From the NCBI GenBank assembly GCA_944380095.1, contig CALWGP010000001.1, positions 2,524 to 66,523 on the forward strand: a stretch of 64,000 bases of DNA. The letters run 5' to 3'. Below are positions 9,891 through 20,481 of this stretch, in pieces. The notes under the pieces are model-generated. The model was not told the origin of the DNA and ran no database searches. It saw nothing but the letters and a program-made list of their open reading frames with translations. Numbering within the stretch: position 1 is the stretch's first letter; each line of letters begins with the position of its first letter. The stretch is from an uncultured Lachnospiraceae bacterium (GTDB taxonomy: Bacteria > Bacillota > Clostridia > Lachnospirales > Lachnospiraceae). The position numbers and the translations under genes were made by a program.

Positions 9891-12476
9891 TCACTCCAGG
9901 CACGGGAAAGTAATCAGTACTTTGAACAGATCCCCGTCCAGATAGATCTCGAATTTTCCTTTCTGCAGTTCTGTCAGGCTTTTGGCAATGGACAGGCCAA
10001 GCCCGCTTCCTTCCGTGCTTCTGGAAATGTCTCCCCGGATAAATCGCTCCGTCAGTTCTTCCGCCCGGATATTCAGCGCCTGGGCGGAAATATTTTTCAG
10101 GGAAAAGACAGCGTATTTCTGCCCCTTTTCCTCTTTCATCCGGATTTCCAGATAAACCCGGGTCCCCTCCAGGGCATACTTGTAAACGTTGGAAAACAGG
10201 TTTTCCACCACTCTCCAGATCCTTCTGGAATCGGCTTCGATGTAAAGGGGCTTTTCCGGAAGGCTGAGCACTGTCTCCAGGCACTTTTCCCGGAATTTAT
10301 CGGAAAACTCCCCGCAGGTCTGCTGCACCAGTTCGGAAAGGTTCAGACGTTCCATCTGCAGGGAAATATTGCCGGAAGTAATCTTGGAAGCCTCCACCAG
10401 ATCGTCCGTCAGCTGCTTTAGGCGCTGGGATTTTGAATCCAGCACATCGATATATCCCCGGATGCGCCCATCCTCGATCTGCTCCCGTTTCAGAAGGTTC
10501 ACAAAGTTAATGATGGAAGTCAGGGGCGTTTTGATATCATGGGACACATTGGTAATCAGGTCCGCCTTCAGGCGTTCGTCCTTCATACTCTTTTCCACGG
10601 CATACTTGATACCCTCTCCCAGCCCGTTGACAGCGTCCGCCAGCTCCCTGTTTTCCCCGTGCATCTTGTCTGCGCTGATTTTCAGCTCAAAATCCCCTCT
10701 GCCGATCCTCCGGGTGCTCTCCACGATTTCCTGCAGCGCTTTCTTTTCCCGGTACATCACAAGGATGGCGATCACATCCACTGCGGCAGCGATGAGGATC
10801 CCTGCCACCCCGCATCCGCCCAGGACAAGGTTGGCGGACAGAAGGAGCAAAAAGGGCACCAGCGTCCTGACCAGGATACTGCTGTGATCATACAAAGACA
10901 GCACGCACCGGCGGATCGTAAGCGCAGCCAGACGGGTCAGGGAATTTTTCCAGAGGGTGTGCGCCTTGCATCTTCTCACCACGCTCAGGTAGAAAAACAT
11001 CAGCACATAATCCGCCAGGAAAATCACCGCGCCGGCCGCAAAGGGAAACCACAGGGTATGAATCACGTCCTCCCAGTTGTCCGCACAGAATACATAGCCC
11101 AGATAGCCGCATCCCAGAACCGCCCCGGTAAGCAAAATTCCCAGCAGCACAAACGGCTCCGTCAGGATCCGGTCCGCTTTGTGCAGGACAATTCCGTATT
11201 CCCCTTCCTCTGAAAGGGCTTGCCGGCCCTCGTACCGGGTCAGATGGACAAACAGGAACAAAGACAGGGCAACAAGCAGCACAAAGGAAGCTGCCAGATA
11301 TCCGTAGTACGGCATCAGCCGGTTAAAAGCGTCCCTGGCCTGGTAGAAATTGTCCTGTGCCGGATAGGAAGTGTCCACCGCCACCCACAGCCTGCTGTTA
11401 TCCCCGAAAGCATACTGGTAATAGCCCACTTCCTGTTTCATGGTGTCGGCATCCATATGGGTATTGGTCTCGATTTCCGCCCGGTCCGCATTGTAATAAA
11501 TATATCTGCCGTATTCGGAAAACCGGCGGGTAATCTCCCCCGTATCCAGGCCATAGGGATCTATGTCCGCATTGGTAAACCAATTCATTTCCCCTTCCGT
11601 ATTCATCTGATAACAGTAACGAAGGTTGGTGGCTTCCGGCGCATAGGCGTCCCGGTTCTCGGAATATTCGGTAAAGTTATAAAACAGTTCCCGGGATGTG
11701 GTCTTTAAATCTTCCCGCAGCTGGACGTATTCTTCCGCATCGGAAGCATATTCCGCCAGATCCTTCCCTTCTGCGGAAAAATACCGGGGAACCAAAACGT
11801 CCAGGCTGATGATCTCGGCGTCCCCCACATATTTCCCCAGCTCCTGGGCCATCTGCAGATATTCTTCCCGGCTGGAGGGAAGCTCTTCGATCATCTTTAA
11901 GGACAGGGAATCCTCCTCCCCGCCGCTTACCAGGCTTTTGATAATGGTGCGGGTTTCGTCGGACTGCTTTTTCCAGTCCCCTGCCGTCAGCTCATTTTGC
12001 ATGGAAAAAACGCTGGTCCCGTTGGCAAAATAAGAGTTGATCTCATCTTCCGTCCCGTAAACGGTCTCCGTCACAAAACCGAAGTTTCCCCACTTCACCA
12101 GATCGTCCAGATAAAAACGCGCCGTGGCCGCCGCCTCCACAAGGTTTTCCTGTCTGTGGGCATATCCGGCTATATCGATCCTCTTTTTCCCGTCATATTC
12201 CCCGTCCGTCTCCAGCTGGCTTTTGATCACGGCCATCCGGGTCACGCTGCGGATTTCTTCCTGCAAAATCTCATTGAACAAAGAAGAGTTTTCAAAAGAA
12301 TCTTTCTTTTCCAGGGGCCCTATGGTTTCGCTGTATACTTTGCCGTTTGTCACCACGGTGACCGTGGAATTACAGGACAGGGCGACGAAAATAACCGCTG
12401 CCGCAGCGGCAAAGACCCGCCGTGTAATCAGCCAGAATCCCCTTTTTGCTTTCCCCATGACCTTTTTTTGCTTCAT
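9891..12476 (-). CDS. Sensor histidine kinase with large extracytoplasmic domain
   Basis: H-box NVSHDIKTPLTSI, N-box ENLFSNVYKY, G-box GSGLGLSIA, HAMP-like segment and several TM helices. Confidence 0.9.
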   Translation of the reverse strand: MKQKKVMGKAKRGFWLITRRVFAAAAAVIFVALSCNSTVTVVTNGKVYSETIGPLEKKDSFENSSLFNEILQEEIRSVTRMAVIKSQLETDGEYDGKKRIDIAGYAHRQENLVEAAATARFYLDDLVKWGNFGFVTETVYGTEDEINSYFANGTSVFSMQNELTAGDWKKQSDETRTIIKSLVSGGEEDSLSLKMIEELPSSREEYLQMAQELGKYVGDAEIISLDVLVPRYFSAEGKDLAEYASDAEEYVQLREDLKTTSRELFYNFTEYSENRDAYAPEATNLRYCYQMNTEGEMNWFTNADIDPYGLDTGEITRRFSEYGRYIYYNADRAEIETNTHMDADTMKQEVGYYQYAFGDNSRLWVAVDTSYPAQDNFYQARDAFNRLMPYYGYLAASFVLLVALSLFLFVHLTRYEGRQALSEEGEYGIVLHKADRILTEPFVLLGILLTGAVLGCGYLGYVFCADNWEDVIHTLWFPFAAGAVIFLADYVLMFFYLSVVRRCKAHTLWKNSLTRLAALTIRRCVLSLYDHSSILVRTLVPFLLLLSANLVLGGCGVAGILIAAAVDVIAILVMYREKKALQEIVESTRRIGRGDFELKISADKMHGENRELADAVNGLGEGIKYAVEKSMKDERLKADLITNVSHDIKTPLTSIINFVNLLKREQIEDGRIRGYIDVLDSKSQRLKQLTDDLVEASKITSGNISLQMERLNLSELVQQTCGEFSDKFREKCLETVLSLPEKPLYIEADSRRIWRVVENLFSNVYKYALEGTRVYLEIRMKEEKGQKYAVFSLKNISAQALNIRAEELTERFIRGDISRSTEGSGLGLSIAKSLTELQKGKFEIYLDGDLFKVLITFPCLE

Positions 12477-12488
12477 TTTCCTTCCTCT

Positions 12489-13184
12489 TTACGCCTGCTT
12501 CTCGATTTTGTACCCTACTCCCCAGACTACTTTCAGATAGCGGGGTTCTTTGGGATTGATTTCAATTTTTTCCCGGATATGGCGGATATGGACGGCTACC
12601 GTATTGTCCGCCCCGATGGCCTCCTCTTCCCAGATGCTCTCGTAAATCTGGCTGATGGAAAACACCCTTCCCTGGTTTTTTACCAAAAGAAGGAGGATAT
12701 TATACTCAATGGGCGTCAGCTTCACAGCCTCCCCGTCCACTGTCACTTCTTTTGTTTCATCGTTGATCACCAGGCCCCCTGCCTTGAAAACCGCGTTGTT
12801 CTCTGCATTCAGGTTGCCCAGCTTCGTATAGCGGCGCAGCTGGGACTTCACCCGGGCCACCAGCTCCAGCGGGTTAAACGGCTTGGTCACATAATCGTCC
12901 GCGCCGATATTCAGCCCTAAAATCTTATCCGCGTCCTCGGACTTGGCGGAAAGGATAATAATGGGAATGCTGCTGTACTCCCGGATCTTTAAGGTGGCGT
13001 GGATCCCGTCCAGTTTCGGCATCATCACGTCGATAATCAGAAGCTGGATATCATTCTTCTTCAGCGCTGCAATGGCCTGGTCCCCGTCGTAGGCCTTAAT
13101 CACATGGTATCCTTCCTGCACCAGGTAAATTTCAATCGCTTCCACGATCTCCCTGTCGTCGTCGCAAACCAGTATATTCGTCAT
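12489..13184 (-). CDS. OmpR-family response regulator
   Basis: ILVCDDD, IIDVMMPKLDG, DYVTKPF, winged helix ending VWGVGYKI. Confidence 0.92.
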   Translation of the reverse strand: MTNILVCDDDREIVEAIEIYLVQEGYHVIKAYDGDQAIAALKKNDIQLLIIDVMMPKLDGIHATLKIREYSSIPIIILSAKSEDADKILGLNIGADDYVTKPFNPLELVARVKSQLRRYTKLGNLNAENNAVFKAGGLVINDETKEVTVDGEAVKLTPIEYNILLLLVKNQGRVFSISQIYESIWEEEAIGADNTVAVHIRHIREKIEINPKEPRYLKVVWGVGYKIEKQA

Positions 13185-13266
13185 CTTCTGTCCCCCTTTT
13201 GACACTTTCAATTAAAACAGATAAAAATGAATGGAAAGGCAGGAACTTTCTTAAAATTTTATGAAA

Positions 13267-14133
13267 TCATTCCTTAAGCATGATGAAAGCCCCGAAATTG
13301 CCCCTCCTGCCGCCGCTGGCCCGGTGGGAAAACAGATAGTCCGGGTTGCAGCAGGTACAGATATCCGTCACAAAAAGATGTTCCCTCCGGATTCCCGCTG
13401 CCAGAAGCACTGCTTCGTTGGCCCGCCAAAGATCCAGCTGATATTTTCCTCCCCCTTTGGAAAAAAGGATTCTTTCCGGATCTACAAAACCGTACCGGCT
13501 TTGGGAAAACAGCCGCAGGAATTCTTCCGCCACATCGGCGCTGACCTCATAGCAGTCCCGGCAGATGGAAGGTCCCACCGCAGCCCGTATATTTTCCGGA
13601 CGGCAGCCGTAATGCCCTTCCATGGCCAGCACCGTGGCCCGTCCCATTTCCTGCACGGTCCCCCTCCAGCCCGAATGGGAACAGCCGATCGCCTTTCTTA
13701 CAGGATCCACAAACAAAAGCGGCACACAGTCCGCATAAAAGGTGGACAGAATCAGGCCGGGAACATCCGTGACCAGCCCGTCCACATCCGTATAGCCCTT
13801 CGGGCGGACCACACCCCGGCCCCGGTCGTTTGCCGTTACTGCCCGTACATTGGCCGTGTGGGTCTGATCCGAACAGACGAAAGCGCCCAAATCCGTATGA
13901 AACAGGCGGGCCGTCCTGGCAAAATTTTCCCGGACCGCCAGAGGGTCGTCCCCCCTTGTAAAGCTTAAGTTCATGGAGGCATAGATCCCTTCGCTGACGC
14001 CGCCGATCCGGGTGCTGAACATATGCTGTGCGGCCCCGCAGGCTTCCAGTCCGGGAAAAGTCAGGTATTCGATTCCGTTTTCCCTGTTTTGCTTGAGCAC
14101 CGGACGTCCCGGGTCCTTTCTAATCACTTCCAT
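13267..14133 (-). CDS. pgeF: PgeF/YfiH-family protein
   Basis: DQTHTANV, VDGLVT, ADCVPLL, HSGWRG, LFSHR. Confidence 0.88.
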   Translation of the reverse strand: MEVIRKDPGRPVLKQNRENGIEYLTFPGLEACGAAQHMFSTRIGGVSEGIYASMNLSFTRGDDPLAVRENFARTARLFHTDLGAFVCSDQTHTANVRAVTANDRGRGVVRPKGYTDVDGLVTDVPGLILSTFYADCVPLLFVDPVRKAIGCSHSGWRGTVQEMGRATVLAMEGHYGCRPENIRAAVGPSICRDCYEVSADVAEEFLRLFSQSRYGFVDPERILFSKGGGKYQLDLWRANEAVLLAAGIRREHLFVTDICTCCNPDYLFSHRASGGRRGNFGAFIMLKE

Positions 14134-14140
14134 CTTCCTG

Positions 14141-14494
14141 CTACCTCCTGTAATCAAACGCATTCCGGATCCACACCATCTTCCCGGCGCAGATTGCCGC
14201 CACATCGAAACGCACCTGCCTGTCCGGCGGAATCCTGTGCTGATACAGATACAGCTGCGCGCAGCGGCAGATGGTTCTCTGCTTTTTTTCGGTTACGGCC
14301 TCCAGCGCCGTTCCGAAACGGTCGTCACTGCGGTATTTTACCTCCCAGAAAACAAGACAGCCCTGATGATATCCGATCAGATCGATTTCACCACGGCTGC
14401 ACCTGAAATTGCGCTCCGTGATCACGGCGCCCGCCTCCGTCAGGCAGCGCGCCGCATACTCTTCCCAGAGAGCGCCGGTTTTTCTTTTGTTCAT
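14141..14494 (-). CDS. YraN-family putative endonuclease (UPF0102)
   Basis: GALWEE, NFRCSRGEIDLI, EVKYR, RFDVAAI. Confidence 0.88.
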   Translation of the reverse strand: MNKRKTGALWEEYAARCLTEAGAVITERNFRCSRGEIDLIGYHQGCLVFWEVKYRSDDRFGTALEAVTEKKQRTICRCAQLYLYQHRIPPDRQVRFDVAAICAGKMVWIRNAFDYRR

Positions 14495-14507
14495 TTTCTT
14501 CCTTTGA

Positions 14508-15284
14508 TCATATGAAATGGGTAAGAAAGCTTCTGCGGTGAATGGGCGTAGGTCCGTACTTTTTCAGGGCCTCGATGTGGGACGCAGCGCCGTATCCTTT
14601 GTTCGCCGCAAAGCCATATCCCGGATAGACTTTCTCGTATTCTTCCATCAGGCGGTCCCGGGTGACCTTGGCCACAATACTGGCCGCCGCAATGGAAACG
14701 CTTTTGGCATCCCCTTTGATAATGGGCACCTGCCGGATCCCCACTCCCGGAATGGTCACCGCATCGTTTAACAGTACGTCCGGCTGTGGGTTCAGTTTTC
14801 CGATGGCCTGGCGCATGGCCTCGTAGGTTGCCTGGAGGATATTGATCTCATCGATCCTTTCCGGCCCTACAAATCCCAGCCCGATGCCCACTGCCTCCCT
14901 GCAGATTACCTCGTACAGCTCCTCCCTTTTTGACGGGGACAGCTTCTTGGAATCATTCAGGTACAAAATTTCACAGTCGGCGGGCAAAATCACCGCGCCT
15001 GCCACCACCGGTCCGGCCAGGGGCCCCCTGCCCACCTCGTCGATGCCGCAGATCAGCCCGTATTCCCGGTACTGATCTTCGTAAAAACGCATCTTTTGAA
15101 GCCGGCTTCTTTCCGCTTCCAGCGCCTGGACCCGTTTTAAGGCGCTTTCTACCAGGCTGCGCACGCCGGCCCGGGAATCCTCCCGGTAACAGGCAATCAA
15201 TCCACCCAGTTCCTCCTGCCGGCAGCTTTTGAATTTTTCCCGGATCTCCCCGATCTTTTCCGCCATCTGTTCCTCCGTTTTCAA
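14508..15284 (-). CDS. rnhB: Ribonuclease HII
   Basis: GIDEVGRGPLAGPV, LNDSKKL, SIAAASIVAKVTRD, IHRRSF. Confidence 0.95.
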   Translation of the reverse strand: MKTEEQMAEKIGEIREKFKSCRQEELGGLIACYREDSRAGVRSLVESALKRVQALEAERSRLQKMRFYEDQYREYGLICGIDEVGRGPLAGPVVAGAVILPADCEILYLNDSKKLSPSKREELYEVICREAVGIGLGFVGPERIDEINILQATYEAMRQAIGKLNPQPDVLLNDAVTIPGVGIRQVPIIKGDAKSVSIAAASIVAKVTRDRLMEEYEKVYPGYGFAANKGYGAASHIEALKKYGPTPIHRRSFLTHFI

Positions 15285-15296
15285 GCGTCTGTCATC

Positions 15297-15836
15297 CTAC
15301 TGGTGCCGCAGCACCCCGAATTTCCCAAGCGGCCAGATCCGTATCCAGGCTTTCCCGATAATGTCTCTGCGGTGGATGTTTCCCACGCTGGGGTCCCTGC
15401 TGTCCGAGCTGTTGTTCCGGTTGTCCCCCAGCACGAAATATTCGTCCTCCCCCAGGGTAATGGGTTCTGCCGCCCTTCCGGCGGCCACCATCACTTCCCT
15501 GCCGTAGCTTTCCTGCAGGACTTCCCCGTCGATATAGATCGTCCCCGCCTCGTCAATATACACCGTCTCCCCGGGCATCCCGATGATCCGCTTGATATAA
15601 TAGGTATCCTCTTCATACTGGAACGGGAATACAATAATATCAAACCGCTGCGGATCCGAAAAGCGGTAGGAAATTTTATCCACGATAAGATTGTCGTTAT
15701 GGCTCAAAGTAGGCTCCATGGAGCTGCCGTTTACCTGCGTGCGCTGTCCCACAAAAGTAATTACCAGCCAGGTTGCTGCCAGCACCACCAGGATATACAG
15801 CAGCGTGCTAAAAACTTCCTTCACGATATTTTTCAT
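15297..15836 (-). CDS. lepB: Signal peptidase I
   Basis: GSSMEPTL (Ser), YIKRIIG (Lys), GDNRNNSSDSR. Confidence 0.92.
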   Translation of the reverse strand: MKNIVKEVFSTLLYILVVLAATWLVITFVGQRTQVNGSSMEPTLSHNDNLIVDKISYRFSDPQRFDIIVFPFQYEEDTYYIKRIIGMPGETVYIDEAGTIYIDGEVLQESYGREVMVAAGRAAEPITLGEDEYFVLGDNRNNSSDSRDPSVGNIHRRDIIGKAWIRIWPLGKFGVLRHQ

Positions 15837-16690
15837 GCTTCTTCCTGTCCTTCCTGCGGCCATTCCAGTGAAATCCGTCCCAGGCGCCCGCTCCTGAAAT
15901 CATCCAAAAGCAGGCGGGCCGCTTTCCCGTAATCCGGCTCCTGCCCGCGCAGATAACAGTTTCTCGCCCGGCAGATTCGCTCCAGCATAACGGCGCCCTT
16001 TTCTTCTTCCGTCCCATACCGGGCCGCCAGCACGCCCGGATAAGATTCCGTAAGGAAATCAACCAGATCCAGGGCCAGTTCCTCCGGAATCAGGATCTCA
16101 TCGTTCATGGAGCCGATGAAAGCAAGCTTCATCCCCACCGCCGGATCCTCGAATTTCGGCCAGAGGATCCCGGGCGTATCCAAAAGCTCCAGCCCTTTTC
16201 CCAGGCGGATCCACTGCTTCCCCCTGGTCACCCCGGGCTTATTTCCCGTCTTCGTACAGGCCCTCTTGGCGTAAGAATTGATAAAGGTGGACTTTCCCAC
16301 GTTGGGAATCCCCGCCACCATGGCCCGCACCGGCCGGTTTAAGATCCCCCTGCGGCGATCCCTCTCCCGCTTTTCTTTGCACACCAGTTCCACTTTCTGC
16401 TGGATGGCTTTCAGTCCCACTCCCGCTTTGGCGTTAATTTCCAGTACTGCGATCCCCTGTTTTTCAAACCAGGCCGTCCACCGGGCATTTCCTTTCGGAT
16501 CCGCTAAATCCGCCTTATTCAGCAGCACCAGGCGGGCCTTGTTTTTTCCCATGGAATCGATATCGGGATTTCTGCTGGACAAAGGCATGCGGGCATCCAC
16601 CAGCTCGATGATCAGATCGACCAGGCCGATATCCTCCTGCATGGCCCTCACGGCCTTTGTCATATGTCCCGGATACCATTGATAATTCAT
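15833..16690 (-). CDS. rbgA: Ribosome biogenesis GTPase YlqF/RbgA
   Basis: QWYPGHM, DARMPLSSRNP, GIPNVGKS, LLDTPG. Confidence 0.95.
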   Translation of the reverse strand: MNYQWYPGHMTKAVRAMQEDIGLVDLIIELVDARMPLSSRNPDIDSMGKNKARLVLLNKADLADPKGNARWTAWFEKQGIAVLEINAKAGVGLKAIQQKVELVCKEKRERDRRRGILNRPVRAMVAGIPNVGKSTFINSYAKRACTKTGNKPGVTRGKQWIRLGKGLELLDTPGILWPKFEDPAVGMKLAFIGSMNDEILIPEELALDLVDFLTESYPGVLAARYGTEEEKGAVMLERICRARNCYLRGQEPDYGKAARLLLDDFRSGRLGRISLEWPQEGQEEA

Positions 16691-16699
16691 AACTCCTCC

Positions 16700-17284
16700 T
16701 TAACGGACCAGGCCCCATCCTTCCTGTCCGTTGCTGAAATGAAACCACGCCTTCCCGATAATGGTGCTTTTATGGACCGGCCCGATATTGGCGGAACGGC
16801 TGTCCTCGCTGTTGTTGCAGTTATCTCCCAGCACGAAATATTCATCTGTCCCAAGCCGGATTTCGTTTTCCGCGATTCCCGGGGCCGCAATCAGATCCAT
16901 GTCCTCGTCTCCGTAAGCCTTCCCGTCCACATACAATACCCCGTCCGAAATCAGGACGGTCTGTCCCGGAACGGCCACCACCCGCTTCACATAATAGTGG
17001 GCGTTCTCATTCCCGTTGGGCAGAAAAACGATCACGTCCCCTGCTTTCGGGGAAACGATCCGGTAGGAAATCCGGTTGACCAAAATCCCCTGCCCGTTGG
17101 TCAGTCCAGGCTCCATGGAAACGCCGATCACCGTAGTGCGCAGCCCTACGAAATAGGTGAACCAAAAAGCCAGAAACACTGCCAGGAAGATACCCGCGGT
17201 CCAGCTGAAAATCTCCCGCATCAAAGATGCGCTGATTTTTTTCTTCTTATGATAAAAATGAAGTCCCTTTTTGCTTCTTCTCAT
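16700..17284 (-). CDS. lepB: Signal peptidase I (second paralog)
   Basis: GVSMEPGL, YVKRVVA, GDNCNNSEDSR. Confidence 0.9.
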   Translation of the reverse strand: MRRSKKGLHFYHKKKKISASLMREIFSWTAGIFLAVFLAFWFTYFVGLRTTVIGVSMEPGLTNGQGILVNRISYRIVSPKAGDVIVFLPNGNENAHYYVKRVVAVPGQTVLISDGVLYVDGKAYGDEDMDLIAAPGIAENEIRLGTDEYFVLGDNCNNSEDSRSANIGPVHKSTIIGKAWFHFSNGQEGWGLVR

Positions 17285-17349
17285 GGTTTCTTTCTGTTCA
17301 TCCGTCGTTTTCTTTCCGTATGCCGTCTCGATTTCATCATTCTAACACA

Positions 17350-17389
17350 AAACAAAAGAGGAGACAACCCTGCTGGATGCCCCCTCTTT
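17350..17389 (-). terminator. rplS terminator
   Basis: Stem AGAGGGGGCA / TGTCTCCTCT followed by TTTGTTTT on the minus strand. Confidence 0.6.
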
Positions 17390-17421
17390 CGATGTCCGCA
17401 CAGCGGCAAAACCGCCGGTTC

Positions 17422-17769
17422 TTATCTCAGGACTTCTTTTACCTTCGCGCTCTTGCCGATCCTGTCGCGCAGGTAATTGAGTTTTGCCCTTCTTACTTTA
17501 CCTTTTCTGACAACCTCAACTTTTTCCACGTTGGGAGAATGAAGCGGCCAGGTCTTCTCCACGCCTACGCCGTTGGAAGTCTTCCTGACGGTGAAGGTCT
17601 CGCGGTTGCTGCCGCCCTGCTTTTTGAGTACAACGCCTTCAAAAACCTGGATTCTCTCGCGGTTTCCTTCTTTGATCTTGCCGTACACTCTGACGGTATC
17701 GCCCGTCTCGAATGCGGGTACCTCTGCCTTTAACTGTGCAGCTTCAATTTCTCTGATGATTTCGTTCAT
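17422..17769 (-). CDS. rplS: 50S ribosomal protein L19
   Basis: [28 protein letters not shown]; SD AGGAGG. Confidence 0.97.
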   Translation of the reverse strand: MNEIIREIEAAQLKAEVPAFETGDTVRVYGKIKEGNRERIQVFEGVVLKKQGGSNRETFTVRKTSNGVGVEKTWPLHSPNVEKVEVVRKGKVRRAKLNYLRDRIGKSAKVKEVLR

Positions 17770-17787
17770 TGCTCTTCCTCCTGATTC

Positions 17788-17877
17788 CCGGATGTTCTTA
17801 ATACGGCTGGCGTAACAGAGGACCATCTCCTGTATTCGCAACATTAGTACTATAGCATAACGGTCTGCCGTTTGCAA
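17788..17877 (-). promoter_or_regulatory. rplS promoter and L19-leader-like structured 5' UTR
   Basis: TTGCAA-17-TATAGT (17849-17877); leader GATGGTCCTCTG...AAGAACATC can close a stem and resembles the Firmicutes L19 leader as recalled. Confidence 0.55.
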
Positions 17878-17885
17878 GTTCTTTT

Positions 17886-19286
17886 TCAGGAGATCCAGTA
17901 GATTTTTCCCGGGCAGACCCGGAAGCCCATCTTTTTCTGCAGCTGCAAGGACGCCAGATTATCCGTAAAAATATGGCCGTACGGGGTTTTCCCCTGTTCC
18001 AGCAGACGGTTGATCAAAAACCGTTCCAGCTGCTGGGCGATCCCCCTGTGACGAAATTTTTCCAGCACGTGCAAAATCCCCATGGAACCCTCTTCATGGG
18101 TCCCGATAAATCCGGCCAGTTCTTCCCCTTTTTCTCCCGGCAAAAACGCGCCGTAAAGGATTCCCTGTCCAAGAATCTCCCGCACCCGTTCCCGCTTTTC
18201 GATCAAAGGATACAGGGAATGGACAAGATCCGTATACTCTTCCCCGAGGGTACGGACCGCAATTCCTTCCGGCCCCGGCAAAGGGGATTTTTTCGTATAG
18301 ACCACCTGGAAGCATTCGCTTAGGAATGTTTTTTGGAATCTTCTTTCTATACTTTCCGCCAGAAACCTCTGGTGGCAGGTAAACACTTTTGCATCCGGAT
18401 CCGCCATGGAAAGCAGCCGTTCCCCGACGTCCGGGTTCTGCGCGGTCACCATATAGACGCCGCTGACCGTGTCTTTTAAGATCACGCCGTCCTCCCGCAC
18501 GGCCAGCACCTTCGCCTGGCCGTTTCGGATATCCTCGATCATATCCGCATGCAGAAGCCTATCCTTTTTCAAATATTCCAGCGCACGGCCCGGCAGGTCA
18601 TAGCCTGCATACAGATCCGGACGTCTCTGCTTCGTCCGCTCCACGGACCGTTCTTTCCTCCAGGCGTCCACCTTCGCATGGTCCCCGGACAAAAGCACCT
18701 CGGGCACGGGACGCCCGTTCCACACCTCCGGTCTGGTGTACTGGGGATATTCCAGAAGGTTTTCCTGAAAAGATTCCACCTCTCCCGACTCCTGGTTTTT
18801 CAGTACCCCGGGCACCATCCGGGCGATGGCATCAATCATCACCGCTGCCGGAAGTTCGCCCCCGGTGAGCACATAATCCCCGATGGAAACATAGTCCGTC
18901 ACGATTTCTTCCAGCACGCGCTCGTCCACGCCCTCATAATGGCCGCACAGAAAGCAGAGCTCTTCTTCCCCGGCAAATTCCCTTGCCATCTGCTGGTTAA
19001 AAACCTTCCCCTGGGGCGTAACGTAGATTACCCGCATGGGACATGCGCTCCCCGACTTTTGGCGCACCGCCTGCCATGCGTCAAAAACCGGCTGCGCCTG
19101 CATCAGCATACCGGCGCCGCCGCCATAAGGGTAGTCGTCCACTTTTTTGTGCTTATCCAGCGTATAATCCCGGATATTTACCGCATCCACTTCCAGAAGT
19201 CCCCTGTCGGCCGCCCGTCCCAGAATACTGGTATTCAGACAGCCCAGCACCATCTCCGGAAACAGGGTCAAAACATGAAAACGCAT
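17886..19286 (-). CDS. trmD: tRNA m1G37 methyltransferase TrmD fused in frame to a C-terminal GNAT acetyltransferase
   Basis: [41 protein letters not shown]; continues ~230 aa with no stop into a GNAT ([23 protein letters not shown]). Confidence 0.9.
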   Translation of the reverse strand: MRFHVLTLFPEMVLGCLNTSILGRAADRGLLEVDAVNIRDYTLDKHKKVDDYPYGGGAGMLMQAQPVFDAWQAVRQKSGSACPMRVIYVTPQGKVFNQQMAREFAGEEELCFLCGHYEGVDERVLEEIVTDYVSIGDYVLTGGELPAAVMIDAIARMVPGVLKNQESGEVESFQENLLEYPQYTRPEVWNGRPVPEVLLSGDHAKVDAWRKERSVERTKQRRPDLYAGYDLPGRALEYLKKDRLLHADMIEDIRNGQAKVLAVREDGVILKDTVSGVYMVTAQNPDVGERLLSMADPDAKVFTCHQRFLAESIERRFQKTFLSECFQVVYTKKSPLPGPEGIAVRTLGEEYTDLVHSLYPLIEKRERVREILGQGILYGAFLPGEKGEELAGFIGTHEEGSMGILHVLEKFRHRGIAQQLERFLINRLLEQGKTPYGHIFTDNLASLQLQKKMGFRVCPGKIYWIS

Positions 19287-19330
19287 TCCGTCATTCCTCC
19301 GCTTATCCCTCTGTCCTTTTTCGTCCTGCC

Positions 19331-19837
19331 TCAAAGCAGGCCGTCGAGCACATGCACCCGCATAACGCCTGCCTGCACATCCACGGAAAGCACGCACTGC
19401 CGGATAGCCGGAAGCAGCAGTTCCCTTCCGTCCTCCATCCGGATCTGATAAACATCGTTGGCCCCCGTTTCGATTACGTCTTCCAGCCGTCCCAGGACCG
19501 CTCCCGATTCATCTTCCACCGAAATCCCGATCAGGTCCGCAATAAAATACTCGTTTTCTTTCAGCTTCACCGCGTTTTCACGGGTCACAAAAAGGTCGCA
19601 GCCCCTGTATTTTTCGATATCGTTTATAGAGTCAATCCCTTTGAATTTAAGAATTGCAAACTGTTTGAAAAATTTCACGTTTTCAATTTCAAGGACAAAG
19701 CTTTCCCGGCCGGCCTGAAGGATCACTTCCTTAAGCCGTTTAAACCGTCTCACATCGTCCGTAGTGGGGAAAACCTTCACTTCTCCCCGTACGCCGTGGG
19801 TGGAAGAGATGATTCCCACCTTCAGTCTGTCTTCCAT
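19331..19837 (-). CDS. rimM: Ribosome maturation factor RimM
   Basis: [25 protein letters not shown] barrel. Confidence 0.93.
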   Translation of the reverse strand: MEDRLKVGIISSTHGVRGEVKVFPTTDDVRRFKRLKEVILQAGRESFVLEIENVKFFKQFAILKFKGIDSINDIEKYRGCDLFVTRENAVKLKENEYFIADLIGISVEDESGAVLGRLEDVIETGANDVYQIRMEDGRELLLPAIRQCVLSVDVQAGVMRVHVLDGLL

Positions 19838-19908
19838 CTGTCCCTCCTTTATGACGTTTCCTATCGTATATAAAAAGGGGCGTTCTCCTGTCGGCCGCCC
19901 CTCTTTCC

Positions 19909-20136
19909 TTAGATGATATCTACATCCACTTTTCTGTTGTCCTCCGTCGCGGCAGCCTTTACCACCGTACGGATTGCTTTTGCGATGCGGCCCTGTTTGC
20001 CGATCACCTTTCCCATATCAGAGGGAGCGACATGAAGTTCCAGCGTGAGGGTTTTTCCGTTTTCCTTCTCCGTCACAACCACTTCATCCGGATTGTCGAC
20101 AAGCGCTTTTGCGATCACTTCCACCAAATCTTTCAT
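19909..20136 (-). CDS. khpA: KH-domain RNA-binding protein KhpA
   Basis: [17 protein letters not shown]; located between rpsP and rimM. Confidence 0.9.
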   Translation of the reverse strand: MKDLVEVIAKALVDNPDEVVVTEKENGKTLTLELHVAPSDMGKVIGKQGRIAKAIRTVVKAAATEDNRKVDVDII

Positions 20137-20171
20137 AATCCACCTCCAAAAGCGTCCCCAAGGGTGACTTT

Positions 20172-20417
20172 TTATTTCTCGATACCCGCTGCCTTGAAGA
20201 TCTTTCCAACGATTTCAGTGGGCTGTGCGCCGTTGTTCAGCCACTTTTTCGCCAGCTCTTCATTTACCTTGAAAGTGCTGGGATCCGTATTGGGATCGTA
20301 GGTGCCGATTTCCTCGATGAAACGTCCGTCTCTGGGGGATCTGGAATCTGCCACGATAATTCTGTAAATCGGGTTCTTTTTGTATCCCATTCTTCTTAAT
20401 CTGATCTTGACTGCCAT
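20172..20417 (-). CDS. rpsP: 30S ribosomal protein S16
   Basis: [32 protein letters not shown]. Confidence 0.97.
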   Translation of the reverse strand: MAVKIRLRRMGYKKNPIYRIIVADSRSPRDGRFIEEIGTYDPNTDPSTFKVNEELAKKWLNNGAQPTEIVGKIFKAAGIEK

Positions 20418-20481
20418 TTTTTCTTACCTCCGAAAATAAATGATAAATTGGTTTGTAATGTCCGTGCTTTCGCACGATTTA

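Noticed and set aside
15297-17284. Two signal peptidase I genes flanking rbgA
   Set aside because: Both have normal catalytic motifs, and lepB paralogs near rplS-rbgA-rnhB are common in Clostridia.
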